Assembly: GCA_018396755.1 (NCBI GenBank)
Contig: JAGTQM010000004.1
Location: forward strand, 17,099-81,098
Reading direction: 5' to 3'
Source of the DNA: Candidatus Bathyarchaeota archaeon
Lineage (GTDB): Archaea; Thermoproteota; CALKCG01; B24
Length of the DNA stretch: 64,000 nucleotides
Shown: in pieces, positions 30,031 to 39,577 of the stretch
How the letters are laid out: the number at the start of each line of letters is the position of its first letter
Numbering within the stretch: the stretch's first letter is position 1
Program-made: the position numbers and the translations under genes
The notes under the pieces: generated by a model
Told to the model about the DNA's origin: nothing
The model's database searches: none
The model's input: only the letters and a program-made list of their open reading frames with translations

Positions 30031-30275
30031 AATTGTTTCCTCCTTTTTGCTCGTTTAACAGTGTCTTCTCTAGCGGCTCGCTCCGCCAAAGTCTTCAATT
30101 CTCTTCTATCTTTCTCAGTGGCTAACCATCCTCCCGCTTTTTCATGGGGTGTTTTTGGAAGTGGAATTGCAATGAAGAAAGAGCCTGCTGGTATAATTAT
30201 GGTTCTAGTCTCCCTAATGCCCAGCTCTTTAGGGATAGTCATCCTCCCCCTTTCATCGACTTTAACTACAGCCAT
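30027..30275 (-). CDS. vapB: AbrB/SpoVT-type antitoxin VapB
   Basis: VDERGRMTIPKELG swapped-hairpin (AbrB/MazE) motif followed by a basic C-terminal tail. Confidence 0.7.
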   Translation of the reverse strand: MAVVKVDERGRMTIPKELGIRETRTIIIPAGSFFIAIPLPKTPHEKAGGWLATEKDRRELKTLAERAAREDTVKRAKRRKQF

Positions 30276-30608
30276 AAAATATTCCCAAAATTAAAAATTA
30301 AACCCACAAATATAAATTTTACCCAAAAATTTGAACTCTCGCTCTATATTTAGACACGTAATTAGCCGTTTCAAACGATGACAAGAGAATTGTATACTAC
30401 TCAGCATACCATTGCATAGTCGACAGAACCCTGCAAACCCTTCTCATGGAATACAACTATGACATAAGACTTATGTCCTCGGAATCTATTACGCAGAAAG
30501 TCATAAGGCCAACCATGGCTCCTCTGAAGAGACTCAGAACAACTCTATAGAGTCGATGTTGAAAGAAAAGGGGGAGGATTTACGGGAGTGTCGTCACTTG
30601 GTCAGGCT

Positions 30609-32141
30609 TTACTGGGATGTTAAACCTTTAAAAACATCTCTTAATCTACTAAAAGCCTGAAGATATGCCTTGTAAAGTCTATCATAAACCTCTCTATTCT
30701 TCGGATTTGGTTTAACTACTTCTGATGATTTAACCCACTCACGAACTACGTCGTAATCTCTAAATAGGTTTGTCCCTACGCCGGCTAAAACAACGTCGCC
30801 TAGTGGGGCTCCAGGATTTTCAGCGATGTAGTCCATAGACAACCCCGATACATCAGCTAAAATAGTCCTCCAAAGCTCTGACTTAGCCCCCCCGTCAACT
30901 AATATAGCCCTCTTAATAGGCATATCTGCTTCTACAGCTGCATCGACACTGTATTTGAGACCGTAGGCAACTCCCTCTAAAAAAGCTCGGAATATATGGG
31001 CTTTACTGTGGTAAAGCGTTAAACCGAGTAAGCCTCCTCTGATATACTCATCCCAATATGGAGCTCTATCACCAATCATCATATGCGGCATAAATATTAA
31101 TCCATCGGATCCCGGTGGGATCTTCGCCGCCTCTATGTCTAAAAGAGCGTAAGCTGAAAGTTTAAGCTTAGAAGCAGCCTCAGCCTCAACCTGTCCAAGC
31201 TGGTCTCTAAACCACCTTATACAATAGCCAGCTGTGGATACACCAGCGAAACTATACAAATACTCCCTATCCCTAGCTACATAAGGATAATTTATGAGTT
31301 TTATCGAGATTCTCGGTTTATGGCTTATAAAGCCGCAACACATACTGGTACCCAGCATAAGAGCGAGGTCTCCATCATCTAAAGCCCCTACAGCTAATGC
31401 ACTGACTGGCGCATCTATTCCTCCCGCGCATACAGAGGTTCCCGTTTTTAAACCCGTGAGTTCTGCAGCTTCCCTATGAACCTCCCCTACTACTTGTTTA
31501 GATTCTACGAGCTTCTCTGGAAAGAAACTCCTCTCTATTCCAAGCTCTCCCATAAGTTGTTCTGCAAAATCCTTCTTGTTTATATCTAGTATTCCACCGT
31601 AGTTTCCAGCGCTTGAAAAATCCAAAGCTGTTGAACCAGTTAACCTATATATACAGTATCCGTTTGGGGTGATTATTTGATGTATTTTTGACCAAACATT
31701 TGGCTCATTAAACCTTATCCAAAGCATTTTAGTATATCCATAGTATGGATCTATAGTATTACCTGTGACTTTAAATATCTTCTCTTCTCCTATATTCTCC
31801 CTAATCCACTTACACTCTTCAGTAGCTCTTCTATCAGCCCATATTATACAAGGTCTGAGAGGTCGCATCTCTCTATCGCATGGGATACCACTACCGCCAT
31901 ACAAGCCGCTTATACTTACCGCGGCAACATCCTTTGGATCCACTTTGGAAGCGTCTAAAACCTCTCTTATAGTTTCGCATAAGGCGTTAAACCATACATC
32001 AGGCCACTGCTCTGCCCATCCAGGTTTAGGGGTTAAAACTCCGTATTCTCTAAAGGAGGATGCAAGTATTCTTCCCTCACAATCCGTTAGAATTGTTTTC
32101 GTACCTAAAGTTCCTATATCTGAACCTATTAATAGGCTCAA
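30609..32141 (-). CDS. FGGY-family carbohydrate kinase (xylulokinase/glycerol-kinase-like)
   Basis: LLIGSDIGTLGTKT N-terminal ATPase motif, GWAEQWPDVWF, and the C-terminal DGG...G actin-fold motifs. TTG start. Confidence 0.75.
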   Translation of the reverse strand: MSLLIGSDIGTLGTKTILTDCEGRILASSFREYGVLTPKPGWAEQWPDVWFNALCETIREVLDASKVDPKDVAAVSISGLYGGSGIPCDREMRPLRPCIIWADRRATEECKWIRENIGEEKIFKVTGNTIDPYYGYTKMLWIRFNEPNVWSKIHQIITPNGYCIYRLTGSTALDFSSAGNYGGILDINKKDFAEQLMGELGIERSFFPEKLVESKQVVGEVHREAAELTGLKTGTSVCAGGIDAPVSALAVGALDDGDLALMLGTSMCCGFISHKPRISIKLINYPYVARDREYLYSFAGVSTAGYCIRWFRDQLGQVEAEAASKLKLSAYALLDIEAAKIPPGSDGLIFMPHMMIGDRAPYWDEYIRGGLLGLTLYHSKAHIFRAFLEGVAYGLKYSVDAAVEADMPIKRAILVDGGAKSELWRTILADVSGLSMDYIAENPGAPLGDVVLAGVGTNLFRDYDVVREWVKSSEVVKPNPKNREVYDRLYKAYLQAFSRLRDVFKGLTSQ

Positions 32142-32507
32142 TTAAACACCTGATTGATATTTCATCTATAACCTCTAAAATCTTTCTAATAACCGGAAAG
32201 TTTACTCCCACTTTTCTAATTACTTTACTTAGAGCTCTTACGATATGTACCCGTTTAATTTCATAGGCGATATTTCTTGAACGTCAATTATAAACTCAAA
32301 ATTTTATAGTGCCTGTTCGTGCTAATACCATTTAAAACTCAATTGATAGTAAGCTTCAAAATGAATGTTTAAGGTGGGTGGAATTAGTATGCCATCTTGA
32401 GTTTACCTGTACCGTTTCTACTGCCGTTTTTAAATTGACGGTTTTTCGTCGGGAGGTTAAGGTTTATCAGTTAAGTTTAACTATAAATGTCACAAATATT
32501 ATATTGA

Positions 32508-33095
32508 ATGGGTTTAGACGAATCTGAAGAAGTTAAACAATTAGCTGAGCTTAAAGTAAAACTGCAGGAGAAGCTTGAATCTCTCAGAGAAGAAGCTAAA
32601 ACTTTAGAGTTTCTCATATCACTCGTAGATTCACTTCTGGCATCTAAAAGCTTTAGAAGAATTGAAGCACTTCAATTAGCCCAAGCTCAACCCGCTCAAA
32701 TCGAAGTAGAGCCAGCTTCACGAGTATCTGAAGTATCAGCTCAAGAAACGATTCTTCTGGAGGCGTCGGATGGGGCTCTTTTAGCGAAGATGTACGTAAC
32801 AGATGGAGGTGCTCAAGTGATTATTGAACCCGGTTTAAATTTATACGTGTCAACACCGCCATTCCAATCTTTCCTAGTTAGTAGAGTGCTTGACTCTATG
32901 AAAAGTAAGGACTTGGAGCTTGTTAGAGAAGGAAAGTTAAACCCAGATAGGGTTTTCGATTACGAGTTAAAGATAGAGGGGGATGCCATCAAAGAAATTA
33001 AGATAAGAAATTATGGGGATAAGCGTAGGCTTAGAGAGCTTAGAACATCCATTCGATGGACGCTTGAAAAAATGTATGAAAAACTGAAAGTTTGA
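32508..33095 (+). CDS. Hypothetical protein (N-terminal coiled-coil)
   Basis: ATG start. 195 aa. No recognisable motif. Confidence 0.4.
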   Translation: MGLDESEEVKQLAELKVKLQEKLESLREEAKTLEFLISLVDSLLASKSFRRIEALQLAQAQPAQIEVEPASRVSEVSAQETILLEASDGALLAKMYVTDGGAQVIIEPGLNLYVSTPPFQSFLVSRVLDSMKSKDLELVREGKLNPDRVFDYELKIEGDAIKEIKIRNYGDKRRLRELRTSIRWTLEKMYEKLKV

Positions 33096-33140
33096 TAGAA
33101 ACCGTTTCAAATTTAAAATTGCTTTAGAGAAGTCTCATGA

Positions 33141-33806
33141 TTAATCGGAGATTTTCTCAAACCTTACATATATGTTCCGTCTACTTACAGATTCTATGTT
33201 TATCATGAGCACTCCCAGTGCTTCTAAGAGAACAGCGTTCGATAGAGGTCCACAATCTACGGGTTCACCTCCCATTTCGTTTATAAGATTCACAACTTTC
33301 TTCTTAGCTTCCATAGAATCCCCGCAAAGTAGTATACTAGGCTTTGGTGCGTAGTCCAGACTATCAATAACATGCTGAGATATGTTTTTGAATGAAGCTA
33401 CTAGACTAACGTTTTCAGGTATGATCTTTCGAAGCCTTTCAGTAGCTGACCCCTCTTTTAAACGTATGAGACTGAAAAATCCATCTTCAGACCGCTTAAC
33501 TGGGATCGTAACATCTATGAGAATAGAATTTGGCTTAAGGAAATCTCTAATACCTTCTGCAATCTCCACTTGTGCTTTAAAAGGCACGGTTAAAATGACT
33601 ATTTCAGCTTTGGATACAGCGTCATGGTTTACAGCTCCTTCCACATACGCCTCTTTAAGTGTATTCTTTATGGTTTTAGCCGCTTCTTCCGCCTTCCACT
33701 GAAACCTTGAACCTATAACAATGCTTTTCCCTATTTTAGCCAATCTCACAGCTATGGAATAGCCTACGCCAGCCGTCCCTCCGATAATTGCAATATTTTC
33801 TCCCAT
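33141..33806 (-). CDS. NADPH-dependent F420 reductase-like / NADP-oxidoreductase (Rossmann fold)
   Basis: MGENIAIIGGTAGVGYSIAVRLA NAD(P)-binding motif. ATG at 33806. The longer ORF to 33863 adds a non-homologous extension. Confidence 0.6.
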   Translation of the reverse strand: MGENIAIIGGTAGVGYSIAVRLAKIGKSIVIGSRFQWKAEEAAKTIKNTLKEAYVEGAVNHDAVSKAEIVILTVPFKAQVEIAEGIRDFLKPNSILIDVTIPVKRSEDGFFSLIRLKEGSATERLRKIIPENVSLVASFKNISQHVIDSLDYAPKPSILLCGDSMEAKKKVVNLINEMGGEPVDCGPLSNAVLLEALGVLMINIESVSRRNIYVRFEKISD

Positions 33807-33979
33807 TTTTAACCACCAAACACGTCGTAGACACATATTCCAGATATGGAAAACTTTAACCAATTACTTAATATTTTTATTCCCTGTTTTAGAGTTTTCC
33901 TTAAAATAGGATGAACGCTTAAGCTCCCTCTGAATTTATGGATCATGTTAATTGTATTTTTCATGCTTCATAGAAGAGT

Positions 33980-35731
33980 TCAGAAGTCGATAGCATTATG
34001 TATTTTAGCTATTTGCTCTGGATCCACCTTCCACCTTCTATCGTAAGTCATATACCCGTTTAATTCACCCTCTACGTCGTAGAGTTGAGTATAGCAAAAG
34101 CCTGCTAAAAATTCACATTCACGTATGGCCCTTACATTCTCCCTATACCTTGTTAGAAATTCGTACTCATCTGTAACCGGAGGACCGTAAACCATAATCT
34201 CACGATCTACAACAGGTCTAAATCCTTTGATCCCCCATCCTCCCCACTCGCTTAAAACTATGGGTTGATTATCGTACTTAAAGTCTTCAATAGCTATTCT
34301 AAACTCTCTAGGTTCTCCTGTTTTTAAAGATTGAACTCTCTTCAGGAGAACTTCTTTGAAGTACTTACGTCCTCTCCAACCGCTGTAATCGTGAATATCG
34401 ATTATATCTGTGGGTCCTACGTGGCTGTAACCACTATTATCCACAAGAAGCCTTGTTGGATCTAAACGTTTAATTCTCAGGCAGACTTCTTCTATAAACC
34501 TACGGTGTTCAAGGTTGTTACGTACAGTCTCCCTCTCATTGAATGGAACCCATGCCACTATCGACGGATGGTTGAAATCCCTGAGTATTACAGATTCCAC
34601 TTCCCCCCAGAAGTTATCAAGGTTTTTATATTCAAGGCTCATACCCCAATCTGGCATTTCCTCCCAAACTAGAACTCCGAGTTTATCACACCAGTAGAGA
34701 TATCTAGGGTCTTCAGGTTTCTGATGTTTCCTAACACCGTTTAATCCAAGCTTCTTAACAGCTTCAACGTCTCTTTTTAAGGCGTCAATATTAGGAGCTA
34801 CATATAATCCATCTGGGAAAAAGCCCTGATCCAATGCAAATTTAAGATAAATGGGTTTATTATTTAGTGTTATTTTTCCATTTGCAACATCTATCTTTCT
34901 TAAACCAAAATATCCCCTAACCTTATCTAAAACTATGTCATTCTTCTCAATCATAAGCTCAATTGCATATAAGTCAGGCTCCTCAGGAGACCATAAACAT
35001 ACTTCTTGAAGCTCCAGTGAAATTCGTAGAGGATTTTCTTTCACTTCCTGGGTTAAATTGATGAGTTCAGACTCAGCTAGGAGAACTCTCAATCTAAGCT
35101 TCAAATTGTTAAGCTGTCCGTTTACATACGTGTACAATTGAAACCCGTTATGCTCAACATCTGGAAAAATCTGAAACCTATCTATCCAAGCACTTCCACA
35201 CGATTCTATCCATACTGGTTGCCATATTCCAGTAACCCTCATATACGTGCATCCGGAAGGTTTAAGTCTTGGATCTTGTTTCCCCCTCGCTTGGTCTCCA
35301 TGGCAATCCTCTACTCTTAAAACAAGAATGTTTTCGTGGTCAACATGGTCTGTTATATCAAAGCTAAAAGGTGAAAATCCTCCTACATGTTCACCTAGGT
35401 TTTTCCCATTAAGCCACACAGTAGTCTTATAATCCATGGCTCCAAATTTGAGTAGAACTTTAGTCTGTCTGAAATCTTCGCTGAGTTTAAACGTTTTGGA
35501 ATACCATACAACATTATGTATGGATCCATCTCCTATTCCACTTAATTTGCTTTGAAATGGGTATGGGACTCTTATCTTCACTGGTTCAGGCAATCCATTT
35601 AAAAACCATTTTTCATTCAATCCTATGTTATCATCGTCAAAGTTAAAATCCCATAGTGGTTCAAGACTCATCCAAGGACTTCTAATGAAGTCTGGTCTAG
35701 GTGTCTCCGCATCATGAACCATAGTTATCAC
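33980..35731 (-). CDS. Glycoside hydrolase family 2 (beta-galactosidase/beta-glucuronidase/beta-mannosidase-like)
   Basis: WYSKTF...TTVWLNGKNLGEHVGGFSPFSFDIT sugar-binding domain. NHPSIVAWVPFNE (acid/base NE) and SEWG (nucleophile) TIM-barrel motifs. Confidence 0.75.
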   Translation of the reverse strand: MITMVHDAETPRPDFIRSPWMSLEPLWDFNFDDDNIGLNEKWFLNGLPEPVKIRVPYPFQSKLSGIGDGSIHNVVWYSKTFKLSEDFRQTKVLLKFGAMDYKTTVWLNGKNLGEHVGGFSPFSFDITDHVDHENILVLRVEDCHGDQARGKQDPRLKPSGCTYMRVTGIWQPVWIESCGSAWIDRFQIFPDVEHNGFQLYTYVNGQLNNLKLRLRVLLAESELINLTQEVKENPLRISLELQEVCLWSPEEPDLYAIELMIEKNDIVLDKVRGYFGLRKIDVANGKITLNNKPIYLKFALDQGFFPDGLYVAPNIDALKRDVEAVKKLGLNGVRKHQKPEDPRYLYWCDKLGVLVWEEMPDWGMSLEYKNLDNFWGEVESVILRDFNHPSIVAWVPFNERETVRNNLEHRRFIEEVCLRIKRLDPTRLLVDNSGYSHVGPTDIIDIHDYSGWRGRKYFKEVLLKRVQSLKTGEPREFRIAIEDFKYDNQPIVLSEWGGWGIKGFRPVVDREIMVYGPPVTDEYEFLTRYRENVRAIRECEFLAGFCYTQLYDVEGELNGYMTYDRRWKVDPEQIAKIHNAIDF

Positions 35732-35795
35732 AGTAAAAGTGGCTCTTTCAAACTTAAAGTTTTTAAAGCCTCTCTTCTTCTAAAGTAGAACGTCT

Positions 35796-38480
35796 ATGGA
35801 AGCTTCATGGCATGCACTGACAGTCGAAGAAGTCTGTGCAAAATTAGGCTCGAGTATCCAGGGGCTTAGCTCAGAAGAAGCTTCAACTCGTCTTGTCAAA
35901 TATGGGTTCAACGAACTCATCAAAGTTAAGCCAGTTTCTGCTTTAAAGATATTTGTAAATCAGTTTAAATCGATCTTCGTTTTAATGTTGATTGCAGCCG
36001 CTTTAATATCCATTATATTATCTATACAGCATGGGCTTGAAGAACTCGCCGACTCCGCTGTTATAATAGCAATAGTCGCAATAAATGCTGTAATAGGTTT
36101 CATCCAAGAGTATAAATCTGAGAAAACTTTGGAGGCCATGCGAAAGCTTACAGCTCCTAAGGCTAGGGTTTTAAGAGATGGGGAAATTAAGACATTAGAA
36201 GCTAGGCTTCTGGTATTAGGGGACATGGTTCTTCTAGAAGAAGGAGATAGAATTCCAGCAGATTGTCGGCTTATAGAGGCGTATGAACTTAAAACCGATG
36301 AAGCTGTTTTAACAGGAGAATCTACGCCAGTTGAGAAAATTATTACCCCTCTAGCTTTTGATACTCCAATACACGATAGAAAAAACATGGTGTTTATGGC
36401 GACGCATGTAGTATCCGGTAGAGGAAAGGCTATAGTTGTCGCCACTGGTATGCGTACAGAATTCGGTAGAATAGCTGAACAAGTTCAAATGATAGAAACT
36501 GAAGAACCCCCTCTTAAAATTAAACTTGACAAGTTCGCTAAGAAAATGGCTTTCCTCATATTAGCATTATGTGTAGCTATTTTCGGGCTTGAAGCATTTA
36601 GAGGGGATCCTTTACTTGAAAGCTTTATGGTAGCTGTTGCATTAGCCGTCTCAGCTGTTCCTGAAGGATTACCTGCTATAACTACTGTAACGTTAGCCTT
36701 AGGTGCAAGAAACATGGCTAAGAGAAACGCTATCGTAAGAAGATTGGCGTCAGTTGAGACACTCGGCTCAGCTACGTTTATATGCTCGGATAAAACGGGC
36801 ACACTAACCAAGGGAGAGATGACTGTTAGACGGATATACATCGGGTCGAAGTATATAGAGGTCACTGGAGTCGGCTATGAGCCTAAAGGTACATTCTTGC
36901 TAAATGGGGAACGATATGAGATAGATGATGATTTTAAGCTAATTTTGACCGCTGGAGCTTTATGTTCAAATGCTGAACTTAAGCTGGTAGAAAACAGATG
37001 GTCTATATACGGAGATCCAACCGAGGTTGCACTTTTAACTGTAGCCGCTAAAGCTGGACTATGGAAAGCTGACCTTGAATCTAAAATGCCTAGGGTTAGA
37101 GAAATTCCCTTTAGTTCAGAGCGTAAACGTATGACAACTATTCATAAGAACTATGATGGAAGATATATAGTGTTTATGAAGGGAGCACTTGAAGTTATTC
37201 TACAACTGTGTTCTCAAAGAGTTTTAGATGGTTTGACTCTACCTTTAACAGATGAAGATAAGAATAAAATTTTAAAGGTTAATGATGAAATGGCTTCATC
37301 TGGACTTAGAGTTCTCGCTTTAGCTTACAAATACGTTGCAGATCCATATATCACTCAAAGTATTGAGCACAACATGGTATTTATAGGACTTGTCGGTATG
37401 ATCGACCCGCCTAGAGAAGAAGCTATAAACGCGTATAAGCTCTGCGAGAAAGCCGGTATAAGAGTTGCTATGATCACCGGAGACCATAAGCTTACCGCGA
37501 TATCTGTTGCTAAAGAAATAGGTATGTGGAGGGCAGATGGTGTAGCCTTAACTGGCAATGATCTTGACGAGATGGACGATGATGAACTTGAGAGAATTGT
37601 TGAAAATGTAACGGTTTACGCTAGGGTTTCCCCTACACATAAATCTAAAATTGTAAAAGCTTTGAAGAAAAAGGGGCACATTGTAGCAATGACTGGTGAT
37701 GGTGTTAATGATGCTCCTGCTTTAAAACTATCAGACATAGGTATTGCAATGGGCATAACTGGTACAGACGTGACTAAGGAAGCGTCTGACATAATTCTCG
37801 CGGACGATAATTTCGCAACAATAGTGGAAGCAATTCGAAGCGGTAGAATAATATACGACAATATAAGAAAGTTTATCCGTTTCCTACTTGCATGCAATTT
37901 CGACGAGCTATTCGTCATAACTGTGGCTACATTACTTAATCTACCGATACCTTTGACTCCAGTCATGCTACTATGGATAAATCTACTTACAGATGGTCCT
38001 CCGGCAGTGGCTTTGGGTATCGATCCGCCGGATGAAGACGTCATGGTAAGAAAACCTAGAGACCCAAAAACTGGCATCTTCCATGGTATGCTCCTATTTG
38101 TTATAGTATCGTTCATGCTTCAAGCAATTGGAACACTCGGTTCTTTTCTGATTTCTTACCTCATCTGGGGGGATCATTTGAATGAGGCTAGAACTCTAGC
38201 TTTTATACAAGCGACGTTTTTCGAGCTTATAGTTATATGGAACTGCCGTTCAGAACGCAACTGTTTCTTAAAAGTTAAACCATGGTCTAACAAATACTTA
38301 CTGATATCTGTCTTAGCTTGTATGATTATAAACGCAACCCTACCATACGTAAAGATTGCCGATATTTTATTTGACCTAGAACCTTTAACTCTTCAAGACT
38401 GGGTTCTCACGTTAGGATTTTCATCTCTAGGATTTCTTGTACTTCCAGAAGTTTTTATGAAACAGGCCAATAAGAGTTAA
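35796..38480 (+). CDS. P-type cation-transporting ATPase (P2-type, Ca2+/cation)
   Basis: DKTGTLT phosphorylation motif, TGDHKLTA, and MTGDGVNDAPALK hinge motif. 894 aa with N- and C-terminal TM segments. Confidence 0.9.
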   Translation: MEASWHALTVEEVCAKLGSSIQGLSSEEASTRLVKYGFNELIKVKPVSALKIFVNQFKSIFVLMLIAAALISIILSIQHGLEELADSAVIIAIVAINAVIGFIQEYKSEKTLEAMRKLTAPKARVLRDGEIKTLEARLLVLGDMVLLEEGDRIPADCRLIEAYELKTDEAVLTGESTPVEKIITPLAFDTPIHDRKNMVFMATHVVSGRGKAIVVATGMRTEFGRIAEQVQMIETEEPPLKIKLDKFAKKMAFLILALCVAIFGLEAFRGDPLLESFMVAVALAVSAVPEGLPAITTVTLALGARNMAKRNAIVRRLASVETLGSATFICSDKTGTLTKGEMTVRRIYIGSKYIEVTGVGYEPKGTFLLNGERYEIDDDFKLILTAGALCSNAELKLVENRWSIYGDPTEVALLTVAAKAGLWKADLESKMPRVREIPFSSERKRMTTIHKNYDGRYIVFMKGALEVILQLCSQRVLDGLTLPLTDEDKNKILKVNDEMASSGLRVLALAYKYVADPYITQSIEHNMVFIGLVGMIDPPREEAINAYKLCEKAGIRVAMITGDHKLTAISVAKEIGMWRADGVALTGNDLDEMDDDELERIVENVTVYARVSPTHKSKIVKALKKKGHIVAMTGDGVNDAPALKLSDIGIAMGITGTDVTKEASDIILADDNFATIVEAIRSGRIIYDNIRKFIRFLLACNFDELFVITVATLLNLPIPLTPVMLLWINLLTDGPPAVALGIDPPDEDVMVRKPRDPKTGIFHGMLLFVIVSFMLQAIGTLGSFLISYLIWGDHLNEARTLAFIQATFFELIVIWNCRSERNCFLKVKPWSNKYLLISVLACMIINATLPYVKIADILFDLEPLTLQDWVLTLGFSSLGFLVLPEVFMKQANKS

Positions 38481-38553
38481 TCTAGCTTTCAACATGCTCT
38501 AACACATTTTATTTTTTAAAGGAAAAATCTACTTTTAGATAAGTTTAAAAACC

Positions 38554-39534
38554 TTGATTAACTATTACTTTTATTGTGGGACTTTGGATTGGTCTTATGA
38601 ACCGGAAGAGAGGTTTAAACGCGGTCGTTCGACTGGTATTTGGAAAATCATAGCAGTTTTAATTATTATACTCTTAGCCTCTGCATTCTTAATAGCGATA
38701 TGTATAACCAGTTTAAGCCCTGGGGAAGTTGCCGTTATATATGATCCACTGTTTAAAAGCTATAATGGTCCTTACGTCGGCCCCACTGTCTTTCTAAGAG
38801 CGCCATGGCAGGGTTTAATCAAAGACTTCTATACGATTGATTATATCGATATGACTACTGAAAGAATAGCGGACTATCCTCCTATTACAGCTTTAACTAA
38901 GGATGGAGTTGAAATAACGATAGAAGAGTCGTTTACATACTCCATAGATCCAAGCCTCTTTCTAGACTTGGTTGAAAGCTATCCCAGGGTTGATTATGAA
39001 GAGCAGGTTTTAGTTCCAATAATGCGTCAAATAGTTAGAGATGTTACTTCCACATATACTATTGAAGAAGTAATATCCAATAGGGAGGAGCTTGCCGTGA
39101 AAGTAGAGGAAACGTATAGACGTAGAATAGAAAACGATCCTACGCTTAAAGCAATAAGGCTTCACGATGTTATGCTTAGAGGTATAAAACTTCCAGACCG
39201 TATTAAACAGGCCATAGAAGCTAAGATAGCTGCGTATCAGCAGAAAATAGCGGCAGAATATGAGCGTGAGAGGATTTTAACCCTTGCAAACGCTACAGCT
39301 ATGGAAAGGATAATAACAGCTGAGGGGGAGGCTGAAGCAATATTACTTAGGGCTGAAGCTATTAAAACGGCCCTTATGAGGATATATAATGCTACTGGAG
39401 ACCTCGAGATTTTGCGGATATATACCCTATTAGAGCAGCTTCAGAGAGTTGAAAGACCGATTCTAATAATCGGTGGCGGAGCTACACCGCTTATAACAAT
39501 TCCCCAAAGTGGAGACAATAGAACTAGAGAATGA
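38554..39534 (+). CDS. SPFH/band-7 (stomatin/prohibitin-like) membrane protein
   Basis: N-terminal TM helix followed by an SPFH domain and an Ala/Glu-rich coiled coil (IAAEYERERILTLANATAMERIITAEGEAEAILLRAEA). TTG start. Confidence 0.7.
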   Translation: MINYYFYCGTLDWSYEPEERFKRGRSTGIWKIIAVLIIILLASAFLIAICITSLSPGEVAVIYDPLFKSYNGPYVGPTVFLRAPWQGLIKDFYTIDYIDMTTERIADYPPITALTKDGVEITIEESFTYSIDPSLFLDLVESYPRVDYEEQVLVPIMRQIVRDVTSTYTIEEVISNREELAVKVEETYRRRIENDPTLKAIRLHDVMLRGIKLPDRIKQAIEAKIAAYQQKIAAEYERERILTLANATAMERIITAEGEAEAILLRAEAIKTALMRIYNATGDLEILRIYTLLEQLQRVERPILIIGGGATPLITIPQSGDNRTRE

Positions 39535-39577
39535 GGAAAACGTTTTTCTTACGCTTTTTACCATTTTATAGTATCTC

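Noticed and set aside
32142-32507. 366-nt AT-rich spacer between the FGGY kinase and a hypothetical gene, with small ORFs (32060-32266, 31765-32145)
   Set aside because: The ORFs overlap the kinase gene on the opposite strand or have no motifs. The spacer is best interpreted as a divergent promoter region.
35960-38116. ORF-track ORFs antisense to or nested within the P-type ATPase gene (35960-36445, 36485-36865, 37355-37558, 37616-38116), and similar antisense ORFs inside other genes (317-547, 2004-2291, 5012-5227 and others)
   Set aside because: They are fully embedded in strongly supported genes on the opposite strand or in another frame. They have low-complexity Ser/Ala/Ile-rich translations without motifs and are treated as spurious.
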